Of a stretch of 64,000 nt of DNA, positions 52,221 through 64,000 are shown piece by piece. The translations under genes and the position numbers were made by a program. Within the stretch, counting starts at the first letter, position 1. Each line of letters begins with the position of its first letter. The notes under the pieces are model-generated. The model was not told the origin of the DNA. It ran no database searches and worked only from the letters and a program-made list of their open reading frames with translations. Origin of the DNA: Geosiphon pyriformis uo1 (taxonomy: Eukaryota; Fungi; Glomeromycota); the NCBI GenBank assembly GCA_016748015.1, contig JAAOMT010000572.1:310001-374000 (forward strand). The letters run 5' to 3'.

Positions 52221-53216
52221 ATGGTCCAAAGATGTGGTAGACAATTTTGCTTTCCCAATATTTATTGGAAAAAAGCAAAGTTGACATCCTGAAAGAATGG
52301 CAGTCTATCTGAATCTTCTTAATATATACAATTGTCACATGCTTTCTGAGTGACTGATTATCAAGATATTTAAGGGAGTAATTTTTTGAGTCATACTCAG
52401 GGCTTCTGAGGGTGAGAAGTTTAATTCGGGCCGAATCCTCCGGAAAATTGAATTATCCTAAAATATATATTATATAGGGTTTGTTTAACTCGAGAATTCA
52501 TCAAAAATGATAAGGTTTCAGGAAAATATTGAACCATTTAAAGGAGGAGATGGATAAAGAATTACGTCTAGAAACATGGAACATGAAACATGAAACATTG
52601 AAACATTGAACATGAAAATATAGAATTTAAAATATTGATATAGTTGAGCACGAAAAAACCTGAATAGGACATAGTTTTTTATAAAAGCCCTTTTTTTTTA
52701 TTATTAAAAATAGGGAGAATTAGCAATGACATAATCGGAAATCAGAAAAATATCATCAAGCCAGAGGAAAAGTGTGATTAATATCATCATTACAAAGTTT
52801 AAAAATTAAGGTTCTAAAGATTTGTGTAACTTTTTTTTTGAAAAAGCAACAACAACAACAATGATATGATTTGTTTAGATTGAAAATCTGTAAAAAACTA
52901 AAGATGGATTAATCTCCTATTGGTAGATGATTTTTGAAAGCTAGATTGCATGTTGTAAACCATTTTGGCCAAGACATTTTAATAAGTTTTTTAATAACAA
53001 TTTTTTTGAATATCTCTATGGAGTTTTCAACAAATTCTAAATTTTAAATTCGGCTTATTTTTAATTGAATAACTTTTTTTCGCATCAAATTATTTTTTTT
53101 CGGAGAATATATGATCGTCAAATAGGTACCAAGAGTACCACGATCAAAATATTTCACATCTGAAAGAATTATTAAATTATCAAGTCTTCAGAGAAACTTT
53201 AGATTAATTATTTTTA

Positions 53217-53290
53217 TCTATGTATGTATGTATGCATGTATGTACGTACGTATGTATGTATGTATGTATATATGTATGTATGTATGTATG
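53217..53290. repeat. (TATG)n microsatellite
   Basis: Direct reading; another tract at ~62101-62128. Confidence 0.95.
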
Positions 53291-54141
53291 ATTGTTTATA
53301 TTCTTATAGTGGTATCAACATTATTTCTAATATTTTATAGGTACTTTTTACTTTGAAAAAAAAAATTGTAATTGAAGGAGAAATATTTATTTATTTATTC
53401 ATTTATTTTTGGGACAAATAAGCTAGATATTATCATTAAAAAATATTTTCCATAGAAATTAATAATAATTATATCGAGGTACATCATCATATAAATATTA
53501 GTCAAAAAGAAATCCTTCTTTTCATAAAAACGGGTTAAAAAAAACCGACATGAATAAAGGCGATCTTCGATGTACTGAGACTGAAAAGAAAAACATGAAC
53601 TACCCATCGTGGATTTAATGGTAACACAAAAAAATTCATTTACTAACATTTTTTTAATTAAGGTTGAAAGACAATGGCGTACACCATAAATATTTACCAT
53701 AATCTAGACACGACAGAGATTTAATTAACGATACACTACACTAAACATATGTAGAAAGATTAAAAAAGAAGGTACAAATTGAATTTGGGGGAAGATCACA
53801 AAATGGGCTACAAACGCCAATTCAATTTTTCGAGACCATTTCCAGAATTAGAAATCGGAACTTTTTTTTTGTTCCAAAAAATCCTCAACTAGAATTAATA
53901 ATAATAGTAAATTTAAAAAATTCAGGAAGCGCACAGACCATTATTAATATCTATTAAACGAAATTTACCTTTGAAATCTATTATGCACAGGAAACAACAA
54001 AATGCCGATGATTCGGTATTCAATGTTTTTTTATTATTATTTTAAAGTTGAACGTGATATCATGATACTAATGTTTTCATGATCACCTAAATGAAAATTT
54101 TTAATGAGCTTTTGATCAGATTAATTATTAATATTTTCATC

Positions 54142-54297
54142 CTAATTTATTCTAAATCTAGCTTTTAAAAGGTTTTTATTTTATGTTATTTTATCTAATT
54201 TATTCTAAATCTAGCTTTTAAAAGGTTTTTATTTTATGTTTTTTTATCTTATTTATTCTAAATCTAGCTTTTAAAAGGTTTTTATTTTATGTTTTTT
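54142..54297. repeat. Tandem repeat, about 3 copies of a 53-bp unit
   Basis: 'atttattctaaatctagcttttaaaaggtttttattttatgtt' occurs three times, nearly identical, with no unique spacers. Confidence 0.92.
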
Positions 54298-54498
54298 TAA
54301 AAAATCAAAGTTTACAAACAAATAATTAAACTTATTTCTAAAATCTTTTAGAAACATATATTTTTGTTGTTATCTATATATATTTAAATTTATCGAAATT
54401 TTTAATAAAATCGGATTATATTAAAACCTTATTTGAACGACTGGATAGAAAGAATTTTTTTTTTTTCTTTTTTTCTTTTTTTTAATGAAAGACAATTA

Positions 54499-54584
54499 CC
54501 ATAAAGTTTCGAAAATAAGCACCCCTAATTTATCAATTTTGGACCAAATTTTGAGGGTGGTTGCTTATTTTCTTAGCTTTATGG
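54499..54584. mobile_element. 86-bp MITE (Tc1/pogo-like, TA target site)
   Basis: TA|CCATAAAGtttcGAAAATAAGCACCC...GGGTGGTTGCTTATTTTCttagCTTTATGG|TA: imperfect terminal inverted repeats flanked by TA. Confidence 0.7.
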
Positions 54585-55448
54585 TATAAAAAAATATTTT
54601 ACTTTCTATCTAATAAATATTAATTTTTAAAGGGGTTTCTTATTCAACTTTTTCAAAAGGCTTTTTGCGGGAATTTACGGTAATGATTTACTTAATTTTT
54701 GATTCGAAAATTTCATTTGTACAGATATTATCATGCCACAAATTTGTCATGTGCTGAAAAAGTAGAAATTCTGTATTTTTTTTTTTATTTCAATTTATAA
54801 TTATGATCTGATAGCTTATAAGGAATAAAAAAATTTATTGAAATTTTTCTTTAATTTAGTCAATAAACTTTGTTATAGTTTTTTCTTTATAATTCGATAA
54901 AAAAAAAATTTATGACGAAATTTTTTTTTGAAAAATAAAAAAAGAATCTTCCATTGTAGAATTTTTAATATTCTCGTTTAACTTTTTATATCTTGAAAAT
55001 TTATAAACCTGATTTAAACTTTAAATTTACATTTATTTTTTCTTTTTTTGGATGGATTTATAAAGAGGCTAAAAAAAAAGTGTGATAGTCTTTTTAATAT
55101 TTAAGATAACAGTACCAAATTAAAATAATAATTTTGACTTGGACGCTTATGGTCTTAAATTTAATATGATCAACAAAAAAGTTTTTCAATTACGTATACA
55201 GTATATATAGAAAAGTCAGGATTATTTCGGGGCTTATTTAAATTAATTCCCCGTTTAGGCATAATAACCGTAATTGAAGATTCTGAAACAAAAAATTAAT
55301 ACATATTTGGTTATTTGTGTATAAAAAATTTAATATTTCTTTTTGGTTCAAAAGTTGAGTGAATCAGAAAAGCAATTCGAATACACTTTCTCTTTTTTGA
55401 GAAACTAAAAAAGTGCTTGCTTGTTTAAATTATATTTGTTATCCATAA

Positions 55449-55449
55449 G

Positions 55450-55480
<31 letters not shown>

Positions 55481-55590
55481 ATATATATATATCTCTGTTC
55501 CATTTTCAGACTATGATCAAATTGTTTTATTTTTTAAAATTTCTGTTTGTTTGCAAATAAAATTAATACCAAAATGAATATCAAAAATGG

Positions 55591-55646
<56 letters not shown>

Positions 55647-56126
55647 GTTCATTTGTATTAAATATTAATTTCTACCAAAAATAGGTTAAATTATGTCACT
55701 GTTTTTTTTTGAATTGAAGTTTATATTAAAGAAAACTGGTTATTTCTTGAATTATTTGAAAAATAAATACAATTTATGATGATGGTTATGATAATTATGA
55801 TTATGATTATGATGATTTATGATGATTATATTATGATCATATTATGAAAACCAAGTAAATAATTGCCACTTATTTTCCTTAAAATAAAATGTATTTCTTA
55901 TTTTGTGCATTTGCATATTACAATATAAATATTAATTTCACATGACAAAAATACAATATTAAAAATTAAAATTTTAAAATGTTATAAAACCAAAGATAGA
56001 AACCGCAAATAAATGACGTAAATAATAACTTTTAATTTTGATAAGAAGTTTGTAATTCTTATATTAATCGTAACTTTTAAGTATAAACTTAGTTTTTTCA
56101 AAAAAAAAAAAAAAAAAAAAAAAAAA
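55449..56126. repeat. Cluster of simple repeats: (TAAA)n, poly-T 55592-55644, (ATGATT)n, poly-A 56100-56126
   Basis: Direct reading. Confidence 0.9.
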
Positions 56127-59100
56127 GGTGTTCTTAAAAGTTTTACAATAGACCAAAAATGTAAGATTAAAACACTTTTACATAAAAATAATAAATATTT
56201 GGTTTTTTATAAAATTAAATGCAATTAATTATTTAAAATTTTAATCTCATAATAATTATTCCAAATAAGAAAATGACACTACAATTGGTTGCAACTCCCC
56301 GATAAAAATTATACTACAATTTACCACAAATATTTTTTATTAAAAAGATAAATAGTTGAAAATATATAAAATAATTTTACAAAAATATAAATGATTCAAA
56401 ATAATTTTTTTCTGCAAATGTTTTAAATTGTATTAAAAATATATAAAAAAAAATATTTATGCTCATCTGATTTTTTATTAATTCAAATACTTTAGTAATT
56501 AAATATGTGTTTAAAATAAATGATTTTTTTAAAAGTTTTAATTTTTTATTAATTAAATGAATATACTAGTTTTTAAACAAAATAGTATTAAAGTATCACA
56601 ATTTATTGTGATACTTTAATTTTAACTATATTTGTTAAAGATAACTTTTTAAAAAAAGTATTTTTGAAAAAGTTAATAATTCGTGATAGATTGTGATAAA
56701 AAAAGTTTAAGAAATAACATTTTTTCAATTAAGAAATTCACATAATTTCACGCATCTTATTCTTAAAAGTGAATTGTTTCATTAATGAAGAAATATTTAC
56801 ACAAACCTAAATTCATATTTTTTCATTAATTAAGATGTTTTATAAAATGAAATAAAAAGGCTTTATTTATAAATTTCAAAAAATTGGTTAATAAAATAAT
56901 GAATTAATAAATAAAAATTTATTTTTTAATGAAACATAATGTATCAAGTGATAAATAAAACACTCTATTTTTTATTCGTAATTTTTTTAATATAAAAGAA
57001 AAGTGCATAATTGCTTAATTAACGCTTTAAATAAAGTAAAAATAATTTTTTATTTTATTTTACCAATTATCAAGAAGAAAAAATTATTATTTTAAAATGA
57101 GAACCTAAAAAAAAAATTAAAATTTCTGATTAAAAATGAAATATTATTTCTCAAAGCATAAGATTTTAAAAAATTTATTTTGATCAAATTTTAATTAAAA
57201 TAACATTTTAAATTTAACTTTGTTTTAATCTTTTATAAATACATATTTTAATATTTTTAATTAAGGTTTTAAATATAAAGCTTAATAATAAAACACAAAA
57301 TACATTATAAATTTTTAATAATTTTTTTTTAATAATGATAATATTTGTTTTTTTTTGATTTTTGTAATATTTGTAAATTTTATAACCTATTTTTTACCAT
57401 TACTGCTGCAATTTTTTAATCGTAATATTATTTTTATGATTATGATTATGATTATGATTATTATTATTATTATTATTAGTTGATAACTGGCCAAATTAAT
57501 CTTTTTAATATTCAAATTTATTTATTTCTTAATTAATTTTTTTTTCAAAAATTTACAATAAAAATTAAATTTATTTTTTTATTACATTAACTAAGTACAG
57601 TTTTATCATTAAAAAATATAATAAGTCATTATAATTAATAAAAATTAGTTTAAATTGAAAAACTAAAAATAAATTTTGTGTATCTATTTTATTAATACAA
57701 CAATTTAAATAATTTTTATATTATTTATAAAATTATTAAATTTCCAATTTTTTTTTGTTAATAATAAAATTATTATTTATTTTATTATTATTTAAAAAAT
57801 TTTTATTATATTTATTTTTAAATTTAAAAAATTTTTTAAGGATTTTAGTAATTAAAATTACCAATATTATTAATTTGAATTTTTTTTAAAAAAAAGTGCC
57901 AGATATCTAATTTTATAGTAAATTTGTTCTTAATAATTAATAAAAAAAGTGATTTCAATTACATAAAAACCAATATTATTTTCTGTGTTAATAGTACAAA
58001 CTATTTTTTATTTAAAAGTTTATTTTAGATAATAAATTTAATATTAATAAAATTATGTAAAAATTAAAAAATTTATTTTTGCATAATTTTTTTTTAAAAA
58101 AAACACCCAAATACTAAATTAGATATTATTTATTCGAAAATTTTTTGCCAACTAATAATAATTTTTTAAATATTATTATTAAAATTAATAGTGTTTTTAG
58201 AAAAAAAAACTATTTTTAATTTTTATGTTATTTGTCAAACTTTTAAAGTTAGATAATATTATAGTATAATTAAATTGTATTACATGTTGAACATAATTTG
58301 TTTTATTTTTACAATTAATGCCTAAATATTTTTACAACTAAAAGAGCTTTTTGGATGATTGTTTTCTTAGACACAATGAAAAAAGTAGTGGTTGCTTCAT
58401 TTTTTACTCTTTGCTTTTTTATGGTCATAAAAATTAAAAGAGAGAAATATACATTTTTTTGATATTATAATCAAAGTTTTTATATATGCATTTTAATTTC
58501 GATAATTAATTTTTAATTTAAGTTTTATAATAATTTTTTTATTAAAATAAAAGATTTTCAAAGTATAAATAAAGCCATTTTACAAGTTTTAATTTTTTTC
58601 GACCAAAATTTTATTTAGTTTTTTAAAACTATTTTTTTACTTGACATATCTTATTTTGAATTTCTTTTTATTATTATCAATAACTAAAAAATGACCAATT
58701 TAGCTTATGTATATATTTTACAAATACATCAAAATTTATTAGGTTTAGAGCCTACAAACATTTTATTTAAAATGTTTAAAAAGAGTGTAGACCTTTCACA
58801 ATCTATTAACATAGTAAGTGTTCATGTCTAATTAAACGTGAATCACGTATTTTTCTTAAATGTCACTAGTCACTAAAACATTTTTTAAATTCGATATTTT
58901 ATTCTAGATACTTATCATTATTGGTAAAAGAAAATAAACTAAATTTTTCATGTTAAAATATTAATTTGAAGATAAGGCCAAAGTTAAACTTGAATAGCCT
59001 TTTGTAGACAACTAGGAATATATATTAAAAAAAAATTGCATTATTTTAAGTATAATAAAAGTTACATCTAAAGTATGGTTTATTTTACGTTGAATATAAA

Positions 59101-61732
59101 AAAATTATATCATTGCACTTTAATAAATTTATAATTTTTGTTTCATTTTAGGAAAACCATATGATTATAAATTTTTTCCAAAAACATAATATGGAGATAA
59201 TATGAAACTCCATTGTCCGAATGTAAGATCAAGAGTTTCTCTGCAGTGAAAATCTCAGAAAAAACACACACATACACACACAAAATATCTCCCCCATGGG
59301 GATGAAATCAAATTTGGTTAAAATATAGAAAATTCTAACATGTGTGTCGTAAATTTTGCAGAAAAAACGTGTTGATCAAAGCATTATTAGTAACCATGCA
59401 CATTTATAAGGAGACTGTGAAATAACAACTATCACAAAACTTAAATTTGTTGGGGCTTTATCCAGAAATCTTTATAGAATAATTTTCTCATTTCAACTGC
59501 GATGAGATATTATATTCGAAAATTTTTTTTTTAAAATTTCTCCTTTAATAATTATCCTTTTTATAATACATATTTTCAAGAAAAAAAGCCGAATAAACAG
59601 CATGAAAACAACGTTTTTCTTTATTATAAATTAATTGGTTAAAATTCTTATCAACAAATATGTAATTAATTTATGCTAATGTTCCCAAAACATCATAATA
59701 TTTATTAAATGGTATATAAAATCACAAAGAATTAGATATAATAGTATCTTTATCCTTTATAAGTCAAAATCATGTACCCCTTTTTCATTCACAATGGGAA
59801 TCATGTAAAAAATAAATTCAATTTAGTAAATGATCAGAAATTTTTTTTTCTTGAAAAATATACCTGATTACATTTCAATTAATAATTTAGGGTATAAATT
59901 TAAAAGTATTGCACAATAAAAAATAATTTTATGCGAGTCAGAAAGAAAAGAGAACAATAGTAAGGTTTCTTCAATACTTTAAATGCACAAACTGCTGGTC
60001 TGTGCTGCTGCATTTCAGCCTAAATCAATAAGAAAAGTTTCTATATCGAAAAAAAAAAGTCATAAAGTGAGTGTTAAAGTTTTCATGACCCGAAGGCATT
60101 ACATCATGAAAAAAAAAGAAATATATATAGTGAAAAATCAATAACTAATTTATTTTCTCTAATATACGGATAAATTTGTTTCAAAACGACAATGAAGGAA
60201 TTGACCTCCGAAATGATCATGGGGGTTGGGAGCTGGAAAATTTTCTCATCCTTTTAGTTTAAACATTAGGTAGATTAAAGTTCTATTATATATATATATA
60301 ATTATAATTTTTGGAAATTATTTTTTATTTTTATTTTCTATTGCTTTCCCCTCCCTTTCCCCCTCCCCCCCTTCAGAACGCCATATTCATATTTCCATTG
60401 ATATCATCAGAATACATCAATGTATACTTTTATCAATAGTTATGCATTCATTAATTCTTGAAAGGTCACAATGGTAAAATGTTTACGAGACACGAAATAT
60501 TTGGCCAATGAAAAGGTTCACCTTTTTGGGAAATTTGTTGAATTGAGATTTGTCAATCTGATAAAGAAATATTCAATTTTTGAAATTAACTATCAATATA
60601 ATAAATTAAATTTTCACAATAGCATTAAATTATAAAATGTACATTTATTTATTTGGATCACTCATGTGATCTGACACTAAGGTTCTAGATATTGATGTAA
60701 CTCTGCATCAGATAAATGATGCCAATAAAAGTAAAACATATTAAAAATGATTTGCATGGAATCTTCTTTATTTCCAAAAAACTAAAAAGTGTAAAACTTT
60801 TAAGATTCATGAATATTTAAACTTTTAAAAAGTATTAGGTCCGAAATCCGAATATATAACCTATGGGAAAGTTGTGAAAATTTTTTGCCAAATAAATCTC
60901 ATTGAATGTTTCTGAAAAGGAAGCTTGCGTAACTACTATACCAAGCAGCCGGTGCATTATCTTTGAAACAAGTATGATACAATATACTACGAGAACATAC
61001 GATTTTCTGTCATCCCCGTAACTATTATACCAAAATAAGCATTGTACAATATACTAAAACGTTTCCAAGAGCAGAAAAAATTCAATATCACGATTTGCAA
61101 TTTTAAGTAGAAAAACTAAAAATTGAGAGTTCTTAAGCTACCTCAAACTTAATAAAAGTTTTTCCGAGTATTATTTTGAACGAGATTACTCCTCCTCAAA
61201 TAATTTAATTGTTCTTTGTAAATTGGCAGGATAGAAAATTTTTTTAAGCAAAGAAAACTTTAATAATGAAATAAATTTATGGTGTAACAGTTGGGATAAA
61301 AAAGGCTAGTTTTTCAAATAGTCTTAACCCTTTAGACACTGCATCCGTTGTTTTAGTGAATACAAATAAGTAGAAATAATTCAGAGTGTGAAATTTAAAA
61401 AACATATCCAGAAATTTGTACAATGTTTTGCCAACTGAATGAATAACGATGAATAATTTATGGAAAAAGATTTTCTCTTCGAAAGGTCCTAAAAAGCTTA
61501 TTCAAAAATCATTCTTGAAACATTTAGTCATTGACTATGACCATGAATGTTTCACACGATACTCATTTTTGGATTTCTGGTTGTACATTTACAGTATTTC
61601 AACTTACATGTATATCGTATTTAAAAGATTGTGTTTTAAAATAATTTTTTTTTGGCTGTAATTATTAAGAAAATGATTGATATCATCATCTTACAAACAT
61701 TGACAACTGAAATAAAGCACCAATCTTTTTAT

Positions 61733-61766
61733 TTACTACTATTACTACTAATACTACTACTACTAC

Positions 61767-61809
<43 letters not shown>
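61733..61809. repeat. (TAC)n/(TAT)n compound microsatellite
   Basis: Direct reading. Confidence 0.95.
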
Positions 61810-62232
61810 TTAGATACAAGTTTTCTAATTATCTGGCTCTTCAAGAAAATCCCTGCTCATGTGAACAATTATCATTAGTACAAGATCCAATTAATTTTAA
61901 CACACAAGATTTTAAAACAGATAATGATCAAACCATTTTAAACTTGACTGTTCTAGACCTTATGAATTTTAATTTAGAAAAATTTTTGTCAAAGTAATCA
62001 TCAACTTTAACACATTAATCGATTGACTGATCGCGGATTATCTCTGATGAAAATCAGAGATAACGAATTACAATAGACTCGAATATTTTTTAAGATTGGC
62101 ATGTATGTATGTATGTATGTATATGTATATAATTGACAAATAAAAATGATAGAAAAAAAGAATGTACTTATTTTTGGGATTTTTAACTTTTTTTTACGTG
62201 TTCATCAAGATAAAAAACCTTGAATTTAGGAC

Positions 62233-62859
62233 TTATTCACGTCTATTCAAAATGTAATCGATAGACATCCGATTGATCGGATTTTTGACCTTGCCTTTGA
62301 CCCTCTGATGAGTCCAAAAACAATTTTTAATAGTTAGCTCCGAACGTCCCGGGAATAATTTAGCAATTTCTTTCCATCGTCGATTGTACTTTGAAGCATA
62401 AAAAAGAACTTTGGTTTTTTCATCATCGGTTAACGATTGGTTAGCGTCAACTAATTTAAAAAATATAAAATAGGATTAAGTTATGAGGCAATAAACTGAT
62501 GTCCATTCAAAGTCTCACAATTAGAACTTTTAATGGATACTCACGACCAGGTTGGAGATGATTGATCCATCTATATGGACATTAATAAATATTACTTTTT
62601 ATTGAAACAATGAAATTTTTAATTTTAAAAAATTTTTATTTGCCTGTCCCGAATCTGACGATAATGGCGTGAATTATTCATCTCTTCTTGAATTTTTGCA
62701 TAATTCTGGCCACGTTTTTTGATCAATTCGATTAAACCTCTGTCTTCCTGATGAACAGAGAAAGATTAATTTTAATAAATTTGACAAAAGAAGTGATGAA
62801 ATATATAATCAAATGTTCACTTCTGGAGACCAAGACCCTTTGTTTGTACTCTTAGACAT
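62233..62859 (-). CDS. Small two-repeat Myb/SANT transcription factor, paralog 2 (128 aa), with a GC-AG intron
   Basis: Exons 62859-62821, 62747-62644, 62570-62545, 62450-62233: 'KGSWSPEEDRGLIELIKKRG...RQIRDRWINHLQPG...RRWKEIAKLFPGRSELTIKNCFW...MSIDYILNRRE*'. Absent from the ORF track. Confidence 0.9.
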
Positions 62860-62959
62860 CTTAACGGAAAAAAAAGGTGGTTGATTGCTTTTTAAGGAGA
62901 GGATATGTTTTTCCAAACAAAAAAGATGATGAGTTTGAGAAAACGTACTTTGTTGTTGA

Positions 62960-62960
<1 letters not shown>

Positions 62961-62990
<30 letters not shown>

Positions 62991-63024
62991 AAGAAGAAGG
63001 AGGAGGAGGAGGAGGAGGAGGAGG
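62961..63024. repeat. (AAG)n(AGG)n tract; pyrimidine-rich on the Myb sense strand, in the likely 5' leader
   Basis: Direct reading, about 100 nt upstream of the Myb ATG. Confidence 0.9.
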
Positions 63025-63438
63025 ATGATAATAATAATTGTGCTCTTTCTTGAAAGTATAACGTTGCTTTTTATAAGAAACTCTGCTATTTAATCAATAT
63101 ATCGTATGAGCAGAGTCATCCGAATTCTCAAAATTTTCTTCCCGAAGATATGGTCTATTTATTCTCAAGCGAGAATGAATTAAAATAATGTAAGCTATTT
63201 TTATTTACATTTGATGTATTTTTTCCTTTGAAACTTTGAAAAATTGACTATCATAAACAAAATTTAAAATAAAAACTTTAAAGAAAACCTTTGAAAGAGG
63301 GATCCCATTTCCAAAGGCTTCAAATTTTGTAAATTAAAGTACTAGTATTTTTTCAAAGATTTCTTGTACAAGGTTAACACTTGATATATTGTTTCTTCAT
63401 GTCATGCATTTGTTCACTGGTTTTTTGTTACTGTAGGA

Positions 63439-63457
63439 GTAGTAGTAGTAATAATAG

Positions 63458-63521
<64 letters not shown>

Positions 63522-63565
63522 TGTTGTTGTTGTTTTTGTTGTTTTTGTTGTTGTCATTGTTGTTG
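63439..63565. repeat. (TAG)n/(TTG)n microsatellite
   Basis: Direct reading. Confidence 0.95.
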
Positions 63566-64000
63566 CATATTTTTGAAGGACGACATAATTGCATGTCCTG
63601 TGTTTCTTGCTTTCCCCTAGCTCACGGGAAACTTTTATTGCCAGCCCACGAAAATATAATTACCTTTTTTTAACGAAATCGCCTTTTGATTTCATTCAAG
63701 ATATCCTCAATAAAGAAAGATGGCTGCATGAAGTCTTTTCAGGTTTTTTACATACACATAAATTCAGTTAGCATTTCTAGAAACAATGGTAGGCTTCGTT
63801 TCAACGGTTTTTAAAATTTATCCCGAATGAGCTTTAGGACTTAATTAAGTAAAAATGAAGAGACGATCAAAAAATCTGCATCAATGAAAAATTACTCGAA
63901 AAGCTTAGTGATAAGCGCTATGTTAAAAGGATAATTTTTTCCGAGATCATTTCAGAAAATAAAAAGCATCATCTTGATATACTTTTATTGCCTAAAATTC

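Noticed and set aside
54142-54297. CRISPR-like array
   Set aside because: Head-to-tail tandem units without unique spacers; eukaryotic context with no cas genes.
62305-62320. CTGATGAGTCC, a classic hammerhead start
   Set aside because: No GGAC-GAAA partner follows, and it is the antisense of Myb codons (W-T-H-Q).
62905-63093. Poly-Arg ORF
   Set aside because: Translation of the (AAG)n(AGG)n microsatellite, antisense to the Myb leader.
63381-63620. Poly-Ser/Cys and poly-Tyr/Asn ORFs
   Set aside because: Microsatellite artefacts.

Overview
Eukaryotic, very AT-rich, intron-containing genomic DNA. Gene content and repeat relics point to a Glomeromycotina fungus, resembling Geosiphon (inference). 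Because most genes are spliced, the ORF track fragments them, so I rebuilt exon structures by hand. Genes: a class-3 lipase split by a 184-N gap; two Sel1-repeat genes; a 9-exon single-pass membrane protein gene with one in-frame stop in a frame-neutral exon; a Ser/Asn-rich membrane protein; a 'Sensor'-domain membrane protein; three paralogous secreted, probably GPI-anchored 4-Cys proteins, two of them in a tail-to-tail inverted duplication; a chromate transporter pseudogene; a PY-motif tail-anchored protein; an SDR; and two small two-repeat Myb paralogs, one with a GC-AG intron. Mobile relics: a decayed Fanzor2/TnpB RNA-guided nuclease remnant at about 8.43-8.88 kb (minus strand, only partly visible in the ORF track), a Tc1/mariner element upstream of one duplicated gene, a LINE whose RT core is nearly stripped of G/C by C>T and G>A transitions, and a MITE. 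The top lead is the Fanzor relic and its possible omegaRNA end. No tRNA, rRNA or CRISPR array was seen.
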